This document shows, piece after piece, positions 31,865 to 42,730 of a stretch of DNA of 64,000 nt (within the stretch, counting starts at the first letter, position 1; each line of letters begins with the position of its first letter). The DNA lies in the IMG/VR virus record IMGVR_UViG_3300013126_000010, positions 96,001 through 160,000 of that record; one strand, given 5' to 3'. The stretch comes from a virus. The translations under genes were made by a program, and so were the position numbers. Below the pieces are notes generated by a model that saw only the letters and a program-made list of their open reading frames with translations, had not been told where the DNA came from and did not search any database.

Positions 31865-31988
31865 CAGGATAGTTTTTATACGTTGCTCTACCAGTCTGAG
31901 CTAACTTCTCCATAGTATTTGGGAGAAGTATGGGATTTGAACCCATGACCAACGGCTTAACAGGCTATTTAATTGCTGTAACTATCCT
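31865..31988 (-). ncRNA. Y RNA-like scaffold copy 5 enclosing circularly permuted tRNA-Asn
   Basis: AGGATAGTTACAGCAA-..CTGTTAA-GCCGTTGGTC-ATGGGTTCAAATCCCAT-ACTTCTCC-loop-GGAGAAGT-TAGCTCAGACTGGTAGAGC-AACG-..AACTATCCTG. Confidence 0.88.
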
Positions 31989-32000
31989 AATTCATAATTT

Positions 32001-32183
32001 TTATTCTACAATTTTACCACTTTTTACAAATCTAGCAGTATTTGCTTGATCTTGAATAGCTTTGATCATCAATTTACGCCAAACTTTATCAGGTGATGAT
32101 GATACTTGTTTAGGAATTTTAACCTTAGCCTGTGGTTTTGATTTTTTAACTACTTCTTTTACTGGTTGTTTTTTTGCTGCCAT
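32001..32183 (-). CDS. Small basic protein
   Basis: Lys-rich ORF. Confidence 0.5.
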   Translation of the reverse strand: MAAKKQPVKEVVKKSKPQAKVKIPKQVSSSPDKVWRKLMIKAIQDQANTARFVKSGKIVE

Positions 32184-32245
32184 TTACTTTTTCCTTTTAT
32201 GTTTACTATTAAAATTATAGCACTCAAATATCATGAATGCAAGTA

Positions 32246-33706
32246 TTATTTACTGATTTCAATATGATTACCAGCTGTTAGTTTAACAATCTGTGGTTTT
32301 GATGCAATAAATCTAGTCTTAGTTGAGAATGAGATGTGTTCATACGGACTATCATCAGTTACATTCATTTCACCACCAATCATTATAGTTCCAATCACAT
32401 CAATAACATGATTTGAAGTAAAATCCCCTCTAAATCTCGTAAACATGTCCCCTAGAAGATGTTTTATTGTATTTGCCTTGTATGTTACTCGTTGATCTGC
32501 GGTAATCCCATACATTGTTGCACCAAATCTTGGTAATCGGAATTTGAATTGGGTATCATCGGGTTGTGGAATCCAGTATGGGTAAACTATTTGCAAGTTT
32601 TTCTTTTCCTGATCATCAAATTCATGAATACCATCACCAAGTAGAGTCGCAGAAACCACAACTATCTTATTTGCCCGTAACAATGCCTTAATGGTGTTTA
32701 CATTCGCCGTAGTGGGAATAATAACCTCACTAACTGGGTTATTTGCAGCATATTTAAGAACTGTTTTAGCACCAACGGCATAATCATTGTCTTGATCACC
32801 AATTATACTAACTGATTTGGTTGGATATTGGTGTGTAACATAATCACCAGCTATCATTCCTTCACCATATAACCCTTCATTCCAATAAAAAGTATAAGTT
32901 GATGGTGTTTTACCCGGTACATTAGTAATCGGCAGTAATGTTGGTACTTTATGTGACTCTGAAAAGTCTTGAATTGGTTGCCAGTTATCAGCAAATCCCC
33001 CAACAATCATAAATGGTGGATTATTTTTGTAATATTCTTCTAATTGCGATGACCATGTATCAGTTGGACCAGTCAATTTCCATGTATTATATGATATTTT
33101 TCTAAAATCTGATATAACTTTGTTACCTTGTGAATTATGAATGGTAAAAAATTCTTTTAATTTATCATCAAATGCTGTTTTATCATAATCATTGGTAGAA
33201 TCTGTGATAATGGATACTATATTAACAGAATCTGATGTCACACCTACCAATGGTTGTGCATCCATAGATTTTAAATATTCAATTAGACTAGCAATTTCAT
33301 TATCATTATATGAAAATGTTGGCATAATAGGATTTAATTTTCTACTTGCTGGATCTATTCCCGTTTTTATAACCTTTTTAATGGTTGATTCAGTATATCC
33401 TGGTCGTGATGGTATTTTATGAAACGTATTTTGTAAATATGTTTGAATAGCTTTATCCATGGAATTTCGGTCAATGATGGTTTCTCTACCAACTACGGGG
33501 ATACCATTATATTGTTCTGATAAACTTTTATAATTGATTGGCAATACGATCACATTACCTTCTGGCATACCTTTACCAGATTTTAAATGGCATTCAACAC
33601 ATGCTCGTTGACCATGTAATCCATTATTATAGATTTGTGACCCAACATTGTCATTAGCCATGACAACACCACTCATTACACTTAATAACATTACGATCTT
33701 TTTCAT
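32246..33706 (-). CDS. Exported c-type cytochrome fused to periplasmic-binding-protein-like domain
   Basis: Signal peptide, CVECH, TGIDPASRKLNPIMP; C-terminal alpha/beta domain. Confidence 0.75.
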   Translation of the reverse strand: MKKIVMLLSVMSGVVMANDNVGSQIYNNGLHGQRACVECHLKSGKGMPEGNVIVLPINYKSLSEQYNGIPVVGRETIIDRNSMDKAIQTYLQNTFHKIPSRPGYTESTIKKVIKTGIDPASRKLNPIMPTFSYNDNEIASLIEYLKSMDAQPLVGVTSDSVNIVSIITDSTNDYDKTAFDDKLKEFFTIHNSQGNKVISDFRKISYNTWKLTGPTDTWSSQLEEYYKNNPPFMIVGGFADNWQPIQDFSESHKVPTLLPITNVPGKTPSTYTFYWNEGLYGEGMIAGDYVTHQYPTKSVSIIGDQDNDYAVGAKTVLKYAANNPVSEVIIPTTANVNTIKALLRANKIVVVSATLLGDGIHEFDDQEKKNLQIVYPYWIPQPDDTQFKFRLPRFGATMYGITADQRVTYKANTIKHLLGDMFTRFRGDFTSNHVIDVIGTIMIGGEMNVTDDSPYEHISFSTKTRFIASKPQIVKLTAGNHIEISK

Positions 33707-33801
33707 ATTTTTTCGTCTGTAGTTAATAAAATTACTTCTTAAATACCCTGCATAAGATATTTAAGAAGTGACCCTCAAGAGAAGGTCACTAATATTACCG
33801 A

Positions 33802-36800
33802 TTATTTCGCAACAGTCGGTGAGGTTGGGCTAGAAGGAACACTCGCACCAACTGCGTTTTTAGATTGAACTCTAAACATGTATGTTACATTGTTAGACAA
33901 TCCTTTAACAGTACCAGTTGACACGTTTGGTCCCAACGCAACAATAGTTGATGCATTGGTCCATCCTTTTCCAGCTGTACAGCTTGCGATCTTTGTTGGA
34001 GTGCTTGCAGTACATTTTTGTATTACAAATGTGGTATTGTTGTTTGATGTATCAGTCCATGTTACATCTACTGTATATGGACTACCAACAGTACCTGATA
34101 CAGCACCATTAATTATAGGAGTTGATGGTTTTGCCTTCATATTAACTACTGCAATATTACTAGCTGGACCAGCAGTATTACTTATCAATGGTGTTACTCT
34201 GAATGAATATGTCACATTTTTAGCTAATGCCATCGTAGACACAAAATTCATGTTATTACCACTACCACTAAAAGTACCAGCTAATGTTGTCCAGTTATTA
34301 GTAGTCGATGGTGAATATTCAACGGTATAACCAGTTTGCCCTGTTGACGTGTTAGTCCACGTTAAGGTAGTACCATTAACAGTCGTTCCAGATGCTGATG
34401 TAATAACACCTGACAAATCGGTTACTGCATTAAGAGTTGACCCAACAATATTTACTGAGTATGATACCGGTGCAGAACTTACACCTTTGCTATCGGTAAC
34501 GGTTACAGTAAAGTTAAATGTCATCCCGTATACTGGAGTTCCACTTAAAACACCATTTGCAAATGTCACACCATATGGAACGGTACCTGTCAGATTCCAT
34601 GTGTATGGACCTGTTCCACCAACAACACCAATGGTTTGGCTATATGCTGTACCAATTGCACCAGCTGGTAATGTAGCTGTAGTAATTGATGGAGTCAAGT
34701 TTTGACCAATTACTACGGTGTACGATTGTGATGCCACAGATGGCGTTGGATTTGCACTATCTGTTGCAACAATACTAAATGTATACGTTCCTGCAGTAGT
34801 AGGTGTGCCACTAATTACTCCATTGGCAACAGATAACCCTGGTGGAACTGTACCAGTAGTTGACCATGTATATGGTGTAATACCACCGCTTACACTAATT
34901 GGTTGACTGTACGCTACATTAATATTACCGTTTGGTAACACTGTTGTCGCAATTACTGATTTAGTAATTACAATGGTAAACGCTCTTGCAGATGATTTAA
35001 CATTTTTACTATCAGTAGCAGTGACTGAGAAGTTAAATGTACCTGCTGCAGTAGGTGTTCCGCTAATAATACCATTAGTCAATGTCAACCCATTTGGCAA
35101 TCCACCAGTCAATGTGAATGTATATGGACCAGTACCACCACCAGCTGTTACCGTTTGGTTGTAAGCATTACCCATATTACCATTTGGTAACGATGATGTC
35201 AATACACTCGGAATCACACTTGATGTTCCAACAGTTAAGGTAGACTGAACTGTTGTTCTTTTCACTGGATTCGAATAATCAGAAACAGTTACACTAAATG
35301 AATATATACCAACAGCAGTAGGTGTACCACTTAACTTACCCGATGCATTCAATGTCATTCCTGGTGGCAATGCCCCTGCAGATACTGTGAATTTATAAGG
35401 AGCAGTAGGTGTTACAGTGTTAGTCAAACCACCATCAGCAGTGTAAGTTACTGGATTATATGCTACACCCAAAACACCATCAGCTAATGCTGGTGCAGTG
35501 ATGTTTAATGGCATAACCATTACCAATGGACGCATCATATCGTGCTCTTCATGTCCCAACAAGTGACAATGCCAGATATATTCCATACCATAATCAGTTA
35601 ATGTATTCAACAATGTCATACCAGCACTATCAGTCATTGTAACCCCCAATGGTGATGCAGGATCTAATGGTCTAATAGAGTTTGGTAATTTCCATGGCAA
35701 ATATGGTTGCACTGGTCTTACAGCAATGAATGTATCCAATGCTGGTGACAATCTAATTGTTTCTTTCATACCTTGTTCTTCTGGGTCAATCGGAAAAACA
35801 GTGCCATCGATTGCAATACGACCAATTAATTGAACATTTACCAAATGGAAGTGCATATAATGTTGGTCAATACCTTGGTGATCAAGTCTCCAAATTTGGG
35901 TACCATCACCCAATGTACCAACAATCGGATAATTACCAGTACCATCAACAAATGTTGGATCAACAATTTCTGTTGGTGGGTTGAAGAAGCTGTATGGATT
36001 AGCTACACCAGCTTGTGGCCCAAGATTTGGCAAAGCACCACCCAACAAAGCGTTCATTCTACCATATTCCATGTCCCAGTTCTCGATAATAGCTTTATCT
36101 TGAATTGGTAATACTACATTAGTTGCACTCAACGTATTTGTATTTGGGTCCCATGGTTTAAATGAAAATGATGGGTCTGCCAAATTTGGTTGTTGTTCTG
36201 GAATTGTTTTACCATAAGCAGCACTATATGATGATGTTGGTACCAATGGTGCTTCTTGTGCCGTTTTGTATATTGATGGCCATGATGTTAACAATTTACC
36301 CATATTAAATGGAGCATCAGGTGTTCCATTAGTCATGCCAACCGTTTTAACAGCATCACAGTAATACAAACTCATCGTGTCAGTAATATTTGGATCGCAT
36401 ACATTGACTTGCATAATAGTTCTAGTGTTAGGACCATATCCTGCCAACGTAGATGGTGCGCCACCTTGGAATGTATTATCTGGGTTACCTGCATAATAAT
36501 CATATCGTTCATCAAAGAATGGGTATGGTGCAGGAGCATCATTATACAATATAACAGTTTTTCCTTTATATTTTGTAAAATCTACCAATGTGTCATGACG
36601 TTCCGCAGGTCCAACAACCAAACCATGTTCTTTTACACTTAGAGTAAAAATAACTCGACGTGATTGTTCATATGTTACTGGTTGAGTTGGTAATGTTTGT
36701 GGTAATGGTAACCATCCACCTTCATTTGCCAATATAGTAAATTGTGGACCAACACTTGCAGGATCAGGAGCACCACCATTGCGACCATCAGCAGGCCATG

Positions 36801-39081
36801 TTGCTGGATATGCTGGATTCAACATTGCTGGTACCATTTTTACTTCTGCATTTGGTGCTGCCAGTGCAATGGCACCAGAACCAATACCACCATTAGAATC
36901 AGTAATAGTAACAGTAGGAATATCATCATACGCGGGTGATGCAGGTTGAGTAACAACCAAATCAACAATAGTCTGATCTAAAACTGCAGTTGCTACTGGA
37001 GTTACTGCACCAACCCCGTCAATAGATACTGTCGGTGCTGATGTATATCCGCGACCACCATTACTAACAGTGATTCCAGCGATATTTCCATTTGCATCCA
37101 ATGTTACAAACGCAGTTGCACCTGAACCACCACCACCTGTTATCGTAACAGTAGGTGTTGCCAAGTATGCAGGTGTATTAGTTAATGGATCTACTGTTAT
37201 TGATGATACTATTCCTGAAACCACTGCAGATACTTGAGCAGGAGTACCAATAACGCCATTTTTCCAACCACCATTAAGGGTAACAATAGGATTTGTATAT
37301 CCTGTTCCACCTTGAATCAATGATAATCCAATAGGGTCTGCAACATACCAGTTTAATGATAATGTGCGATCATCTGCACCATTCAATACTTTAAGTCTAT
37401 GTGTATTAGGAGTTACAGATAGTTTTGGCCATGCTGTTCCATTAACAGTCGCACTATCCATAAATGATTCTGGAGTGCTAGTTGGATTAGTTGTACCCGG
37501 AACTTGTGGTGGCTCATTTGGTGTAGAACCATCTGGATTATACAACAAGTTTGCAATTGGACCAACAATCTGGGTTGTAATTGGAGGATAAATCCATGTA
37601 TTGTAATCCCAGCGACCAACATCATTAACACCACCTATTGACGTTGGGTGTTGGTTAGGCATATAAACATGTGGTAACCACAAATCACCATCCGTTGGGA
37701 CTGCCGGTGTAGTTGCTGTAGCAGGATGTGAACCCCATGCCCATGTTGGATCTTGTTGAGCAATTCTAGTAGGATCTACCCATGTTTTATCTTGAATGAT
37801 CAACGGGATACCAATACCATCAGGCATTTTTGCTAATCCTGGGTTACCACCAGAATTGTTGGTACCATTAATCAAGTCATCTTCAACAGGATCTTTTAAA
37901 ATATAACCAGCTGCCATACCATCATACACATTCAATCTGGTAATACCATATGCATGGTCATGATACCACATGAATTTTGCAGACTGTTGGTTAGTGTAGT
38001 ACATTGTGGTAGAACCTTGACCTGGATCATTGGTTGCACCAGGAACCGAACATACTAATTGTGCAGCACATACATCAATTGATTGACCTTGAGCATCGAA
38101 CCACATATCTGGAACAAATTTCAGACCAGTAGCACGTTTGTTAGGGTTAGTTTCACCAACTGCTGCGGTCCATTGATGCGGAGTACCATCAGAAATATAA
38201 GGTGTTGCACCACCATGTAAATGCACGGTAATTCTATTTTGAGAATACTGTGGACCAGCTCCCATAACAGTGTCATCAACCGGTAATGGTAAATTACCTG
38301 CCACACCAGTAGGCAAATAGTTGGTAAATTTCACCCTAACTGGTTTATTTTTATCAGCAATGATGTTTGGTCCCAAATAGTTTGGAGCATGTACAGCAAA
38401 TACCTGATTACCCGCTAAATCTTTAATTGGGGTGCTATCTGGATATGTTAATGCAACATGATCAGACACTTTACCTTGTGCTGTTAGCGTTGACATTACT
38501 GCAGGAGTTTCAATTTGAACATATCCACGCAACGTTGTTGGTGATAATGCGCTGTGCATTTTTTCAGTATATTGAACTACTGCAATCTCATAATAATCAG
38601 ATGCATATTCAACACCATCTTGTGGAACAGCTGGGGTTGCAGCACCACCATATGTTGTAGTGTCAGGCACAGCTACAACCAATTCCATGCCATTGGCATT
38701 AGCATATCCTACTCGTGGCAAATCATCAATGAATTTTTTCAATCCACCAGAAACAATGGGTGCTCCTGTAAGAGGATCTAGTATATATGCTTTCGTTATA
38801 GGATCGGTTGCCAGTGTTGGTTGTGGTGAGTTTGCATAGTTCGGGGTGGTACTGAATTAATCAGGTTGTACTCCAAAAGTAAACTGATTCCCTGCACCAA
38901 TACCAGAAGAGAATGTAGGAATATAGGCAGTAGGATAACATGGACCAACACCATATGATTTTTGACCCGGACAGGTTTGCCCATAGCCATTACCACTCCC
39001 CGGATTTTGAAGGACTGCAAATGATGATTGCGACATTGCGACCATCATTGCAGTAGTTAATAATTTATATTTTCGCATCAT
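33802..39081 (-). pseudogene. Large exported multicopper oxidase with Ig-like/FN3 repeats; in-frame TAA at 38857-38859
   Basis: HLHG, WYHDH, HYMHFHL, WHCHLLGHEEHDMM copper motifs; ORF 38857-39081 (signal peptide) is in frame with 33802-38742 across one TAA. Confidence 0.85.
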
Positions 39082-39386
39082 TTTTTACCTCTAATTTTTT
39101 TAGCGGTTTTGTGATTATGTCCAAGACCAGTAAGTCTATCCATACTGGTTGGAACGTTGCACCCAGTTGTAGTTTGGCAACTAGCTACTTGTTTAGCAAT
39201 AAATGCTTTTTGTCTATCAGCAGATGTGATCCAATTTCGTTGAAGATTTGGATTTTGATCTAAAAACTGATAGATGTTTTGCCCTCGGCTAAATGTTGGG
39301 GTAGTAGTACCTTTTCCATTTTGCCCTGCATGTGCACTAAATGATGACACAAGCATAACCATTATACATAAATGTATATATTTCAT
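39078..39386 (-). CDS. Small exported protein
   Basis: Signal peptide ending AHA; coupled to the oxidase gene. Confidence 0.65.
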   Translation of the reverse strand: MKYIHLCIMVMLVSSFSAHAGQNGKGTTTPTFSRGQNIYQFLDQNPNLQRNWITSADRQKAFIAKQVASCQTTTGCNVPTSMDRLTGLGHNHKTAKKIRGKK

Positions 39387-39521
39387 TGTATTTTACCTCA
39401 CTTCATTAAAAAGATGTTAAATTTAGATTAAATTTATTGATATTGCTATCCTCTGTATGTTATTGATAAAAGAAAATGTAAGATACATGCATATCTTATA
39501 ACCGATGATTCCATTCTATAT

Positions 39522-39666
39522 CAGGATGTATTAATTTTTTGACAGTCGCGTATACCACTTTCGCCACTTACCAGCCACCCGGAGGCTTATGGTCATTAGA
39601 TGGGACTTGAACCCACACGTCTTTCGACAACTGTTTTTGATAAATTAAATTTGCTGAAAACATCCT
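39522..39666 (-). ncRNA. Y RNA-like scaffold copy 6 enclosing permuted tRNA-Leu-like module
   Basis: AGGATGTTTTCAGCAA..CAAAA-ACAGT-long variable arm-GTGGGTTCAAGTCCCAT..linker..TGGCGAAAGTGGTATACGCG-ACTGT..TACATCCTG. Confidence 0.8.
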
Positions 39667-39775
39667 AAAAATTATCACATTGGTATGATTATTTTCCTAC
39701 CAACATCATTATAATCTATAATATCATGAAAAATTTGAAGTGTCAATCATTTTTGGAAAATTGTAAATATAAAAC

Positions 39776-40328
39776 CTATTTTTTAAAATAATTAGTACAC
39801 GCTGGCTGTATGCAACCAATTATTTTAAACCATCGTCGCTTCATGCTGCTGCCACATATTGGGCAAAAATCAGTGCACCATTCATTTATTAGGCGAGAAG
39901 GTGGTGGAGTTGGTTTTATTGGTGTTTTTATGTAATTTAAAACATTCAGAAGGTGTGAGAATATTTCAGAAGGTGTGAGAATCGAACTCACACAACCATT
40001 TCTGGTTGATGCATTAGCAGTGCATTTCCTTACCATTCGGACAACCTTCTGAAATATTCTCTTATTTTGTTTTATTAATAATATCAGAAATATCTATTCC
40101 GTGTTTTTCTAAATCCCAAATTGCATCGACGGTTTTTTCATTACAGTCTTCACTGAGTAAAGATTTAACACAATCTGATATAATCAGATTTGCAAAATTG
40201 TTATATAACACTGTTTCATAATCAAACGTTATCCGAGATTTTCCATCCCATGATTTATGATATTCTGCTAATTCACTACTACTTTGTGTAATAGCATCTT
40301 TATATAACTTAGAAATTAATTTATTCAT
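39776..40328 (-). other. Two small ORFs (Zn-ribbon 39776 and 40062-40328)
   Basis: CPICG..CTN; the 5' part of the 39776 ORF call overlaps tRNA-Ser and is likely over-extended. Confidence 0.45.
39967..40050 (-). tRNA. tRNA-Ser(GCT), no encoded CCA
   Basis: AGAAGGT/ACCTTCT; ATGCA-CTGCTAA-TGCAT; long variable arm. Confidence 0.9.
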
Positions 40329-40346
40329 AATATTAATTTATTTTGT

Positions 40347-40421
40347 TGGCAGACAGGTCCAGCAACGATCTGGAAACTATGGGTTTGGAGTCCATTGTTT
40401 TGCCAATTAAACTACCTATCT
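40347..40421 (-). tRNA. tRNA-Trp(CCA), atypical T loop
   Basis: AGATAGG/CCTGTCT-G-CCA; loop CTCCAAA; T loop ATCGTTG. Confidence 0.8.
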
Positions 40422-40429
40422 ATGTTTTT

Positions 40430-40507
40430 AATATTAAAACACACTCACTTTAACATCACTACACCATTGATGATGTAGTGATGTTAAAGTGAGTGTGTTT
40501 TAATATT
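40430..40507. repeat. Perfect 34-bp inverted repeat with 10-nt spacer
   Basis: aatattaaaacacactcactttaacatcactaca / tgtagtgatgttaaagtgagtgtgttttaatatt. Confidence 0.95.
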
Positions 40508-40580
40508 GGTAGGGCAGGAGGGTACTTCCCCCTCTTCACCGGTTTAAAGGACCGGTGCATCAATTTAATGCTTCAACCCC
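40507..40580 (-). tRNA. tRNA-Lys(TTT)-like, atypical (C33, T loop GGAAGTA)
   Basis: CCGGT-CCTTTAA-ACCGG; GAGGG/CCCTC; imperfect acceptor plus ACCA. Confidence 0.7.
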
Positions 40581-40687
40581 AATATTATACTGATATTTGA
40601 TTTACCGTGCCATCATTATCCTGTATAATATTGGGATAACGAGACACTATTGTTTGTGACTCTTCATAATTTTTCCTATTTTATAAT

Positions 40688-41218
40688 TTATTTAAACATA
40701 GCTAAAATATCTTTCATAGCTTGAGTATTAGTGTTGCTGGATTGTCCAGCAAATACACCATATCTCATACCTTTATCATACAACCATTTATCATAATAGT
40801 CAATTAATTTTCCATCCAGCCCTAACAGTTCATCACCATATTGAATTATTAAGTTATTGGGATGCATAAAATCCCTAACATTATATACATAATCAAATGA
40901 TTCTTCAATAGTCATTCCATGTTGTATACAAATCAATAATGCAACTGCTGTACTTCTACTAACTCCTGCATGACAATGAATTAATACTTTATCATTATCA
41001 GTGAAATCTTTACTAAAGTTTAAGATATTTTGAATATGTTGAACTGATGGTGCAATAAACCCAGTAAACTCAATTGGTATATCATGAAAACGTTCTATAT
41101 GATACGGGTTATCAGTATCAATATGTTGAGTATTTGGATCTATAACGCCGATTATTTTAGTACATAAATTGGCGCAACAAGATGCCTCATATATTCCAGT
41201 TATTTTCAATTCGAACAT
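40688..41218 (-). CDS. Dual-specificity/tyrosine phosphatase-like protein
   Basis: IHCHAGVSRS (CX5R). Confidence 0.88.
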   Translation of the reverse strand: MFELKITGIYEASCCANLCTKIIGVIDPNTQHIDTDNPYHIERFHDIPIEFTGFIAPSVQHIQNILNFSKDFTDNDKVLIHCHAGVSRSTAVALLICIQHGMTIEESFDYVYNVRDFMHPNNLIIQYGDELLGLDGKLIDYYDKWLYDKGMRYGVFAGQSSNTNTQAMKDILAMFK

Positions 41219-41436
41219 ATATCATCCTAAAATATTAATGCGGTTACTATTCCACCACAAAGTCACCAATGTCTTCGATTCTACCTACTAGTGGAGAAAG
41301 GCGTTAATTCACGTTCGTCCTCTATCATGTTCATTACCATGATTCACATTGCTGGACAGGATCTATTATTTTACAATTATTCTAGCCAGCCTTAGAATAT
41401 TGCCCGGTATGTATCATAGCGATACAGTTTCAATAT

Positions 41437-41515
41437 TGGTGGACTATAATGGAGTTTAACCATTGCCATTCTAGAGTTTCTAGAACCTGCCTCCCAAATG
41501 TGACAGTTATAGCCC
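41437..41515 (-). ncRNA. tRNA-like RNA with non-canonical anticodon arm
   Basis: GGGCTAT/ATAGTCC-A-CCA; AATGG-TTAAACT-CCATT; TTCTAGA-AAC-TCTAGAA. Confidence 0.65.
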
Positions 41516-41533
41516 AATATATTATTTTTGTAG

Positions 41534-42334
41534 TTACCTATTTTTTGAATTATATTTTCCACAACATCCTATACTACAAAATTTTCTATTTTTTCGAATA
41601 TCGCGTGGACAAGCCTTGAATACAATTCCACAATTGGCGCACTCTACGTCTTTCCAATTTTTTCTTCTATCTATTATGACTTTTTCTTTAGGTTGTTTAT
41701 CTTTTTTCCCAATAAACCACCCATTATCTAAATATGATTTCACCTCTTCGATTGGAATTATTTTAATAATTTCTCCCTGATGAATCCATGCCATTTGCTT
41801 ACCATAATTCCATGGTTTAATACCGTCTTGGTTTCTAATTTTATGACTATTACTAATTTTTAATTTTGATTCATCACTGTGATTCTTTCCAGTAAAAGTA
41901 TCATATTTTATTTTACCATCTTCATGCAATTTAACAAATCGCTCTGAATTTCTTTTTTTATGGTTTTCAACACAATAAGGGTCATTCCAAAAAAACTCAG
42001 CTACTTTTTTTCCGTTTTCTTTTCGCTGTTCAACATCATAATTAGAATTTATATAATCAAATCCACCGTACCCGCCTCGTCTAATATTATATGTGTCAGA
42101 TCGTGATAAAAAATCCTCAGTTACTATTTCTTTTTCACGAGAAAACATAGCTGACGCATCATCAAAATACTCCAAAATATCTTTTGTGAAATTTTCAATT
42201 CCGTATTTTTGGATAGCTGCTTTAATTATTTTCCCAGACCCCATATAACCATCATCAAGATGTTTGGTTTTATGAACTCCGATATAAATTTTATTATTAA
42301 TATTATTTGTTATTTTATAGATATAGTAATACAT
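41534..42334 (-). CDS. GIY-YIG homing endonuclease (Seg-like)
   Basis: YYIYKITN...KIYIGVH, YMGSG, TYNIRRGG, NUMOD3. Confidence 0.9.
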   Translation of the reverse strand: MYYYIYKITNNINNKIYIGVHKTKHLDDGYMGSGKIIKAAIQKYGIENFTKDILEYFDDASAMFSREKEIVTEDFLSRSDTYNIRRGGYGGFDYINSNYDVEQRKENGKKVAEFFWNDPYCVENHKKRNSERFVKLHEDGKIKYDTFTGKNHSDESKLKISNSHKIRNQDGIKPWNYGKQMAWIHQGEIIKIIPIEEVKSYLDNGWFIGKKDKQPKEKVIIDRRKNWKDVECANCGIVFKACPRDIRKNRKFCSIGCCGKYNSKNR

Positions 42335-42368
42335 ATTATATTCCTCTATATCTATTTATAATAATTTG

Positions 42369-42440
42369 TATTCCCGACGAATCCTGCCATCGTACTGCCG
42401 CCTTGAAAGGGCGATGTTCTAACTTTTAAACTACGGGAAT
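42369..42440 (-). tRNA. tRNA-Glu(TTC), atypical T loop, no CCA
   Basis: ATTCCCG/CGGGAAT; TCGCC-CTTTCAA-GGCGG; T loop GGCAGGA. Confidence 0.75.
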
Positions 42441-42730
42441 ATTATCTCTATATTTCTATTATATCATATTCAGATATAATGTCAAGTAATTTGGTGCAAG
42501 ATTGTAAACGTTTCAACTCTGCTCCCGGAAGCTTACTGGTGATCAATTCCATTCGCCCCCTCTTTGTTTGCATATTACCTCTATAACGGCCCTCTGGTGT
42601 ACCAGATATTATATCGGGGCTATCAATTATAGTTTCATATGGTCACTTCGAACAGTCAGTATTTTACTGTTGCATACACGATGTCTTGCGGTCACCGTAT
42701 TTTAAGTTAGGATAGCATCAAGCGTCCTAC

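Noticed and set aside
33878-38660. Many alternative-frame ORFs over the oxidase (similarly 992, 1757, 9694, 54350, 55760)
   Set aside because: Shadows of Thr/Pro/Ala-rich real genes
42709-42728. aggatagcatcaagcgtcct as an eleventh scaffold
   Set aside because: Lacks CAGCAA and the CCTG end in the family orientation; probably an ordinary hairpin
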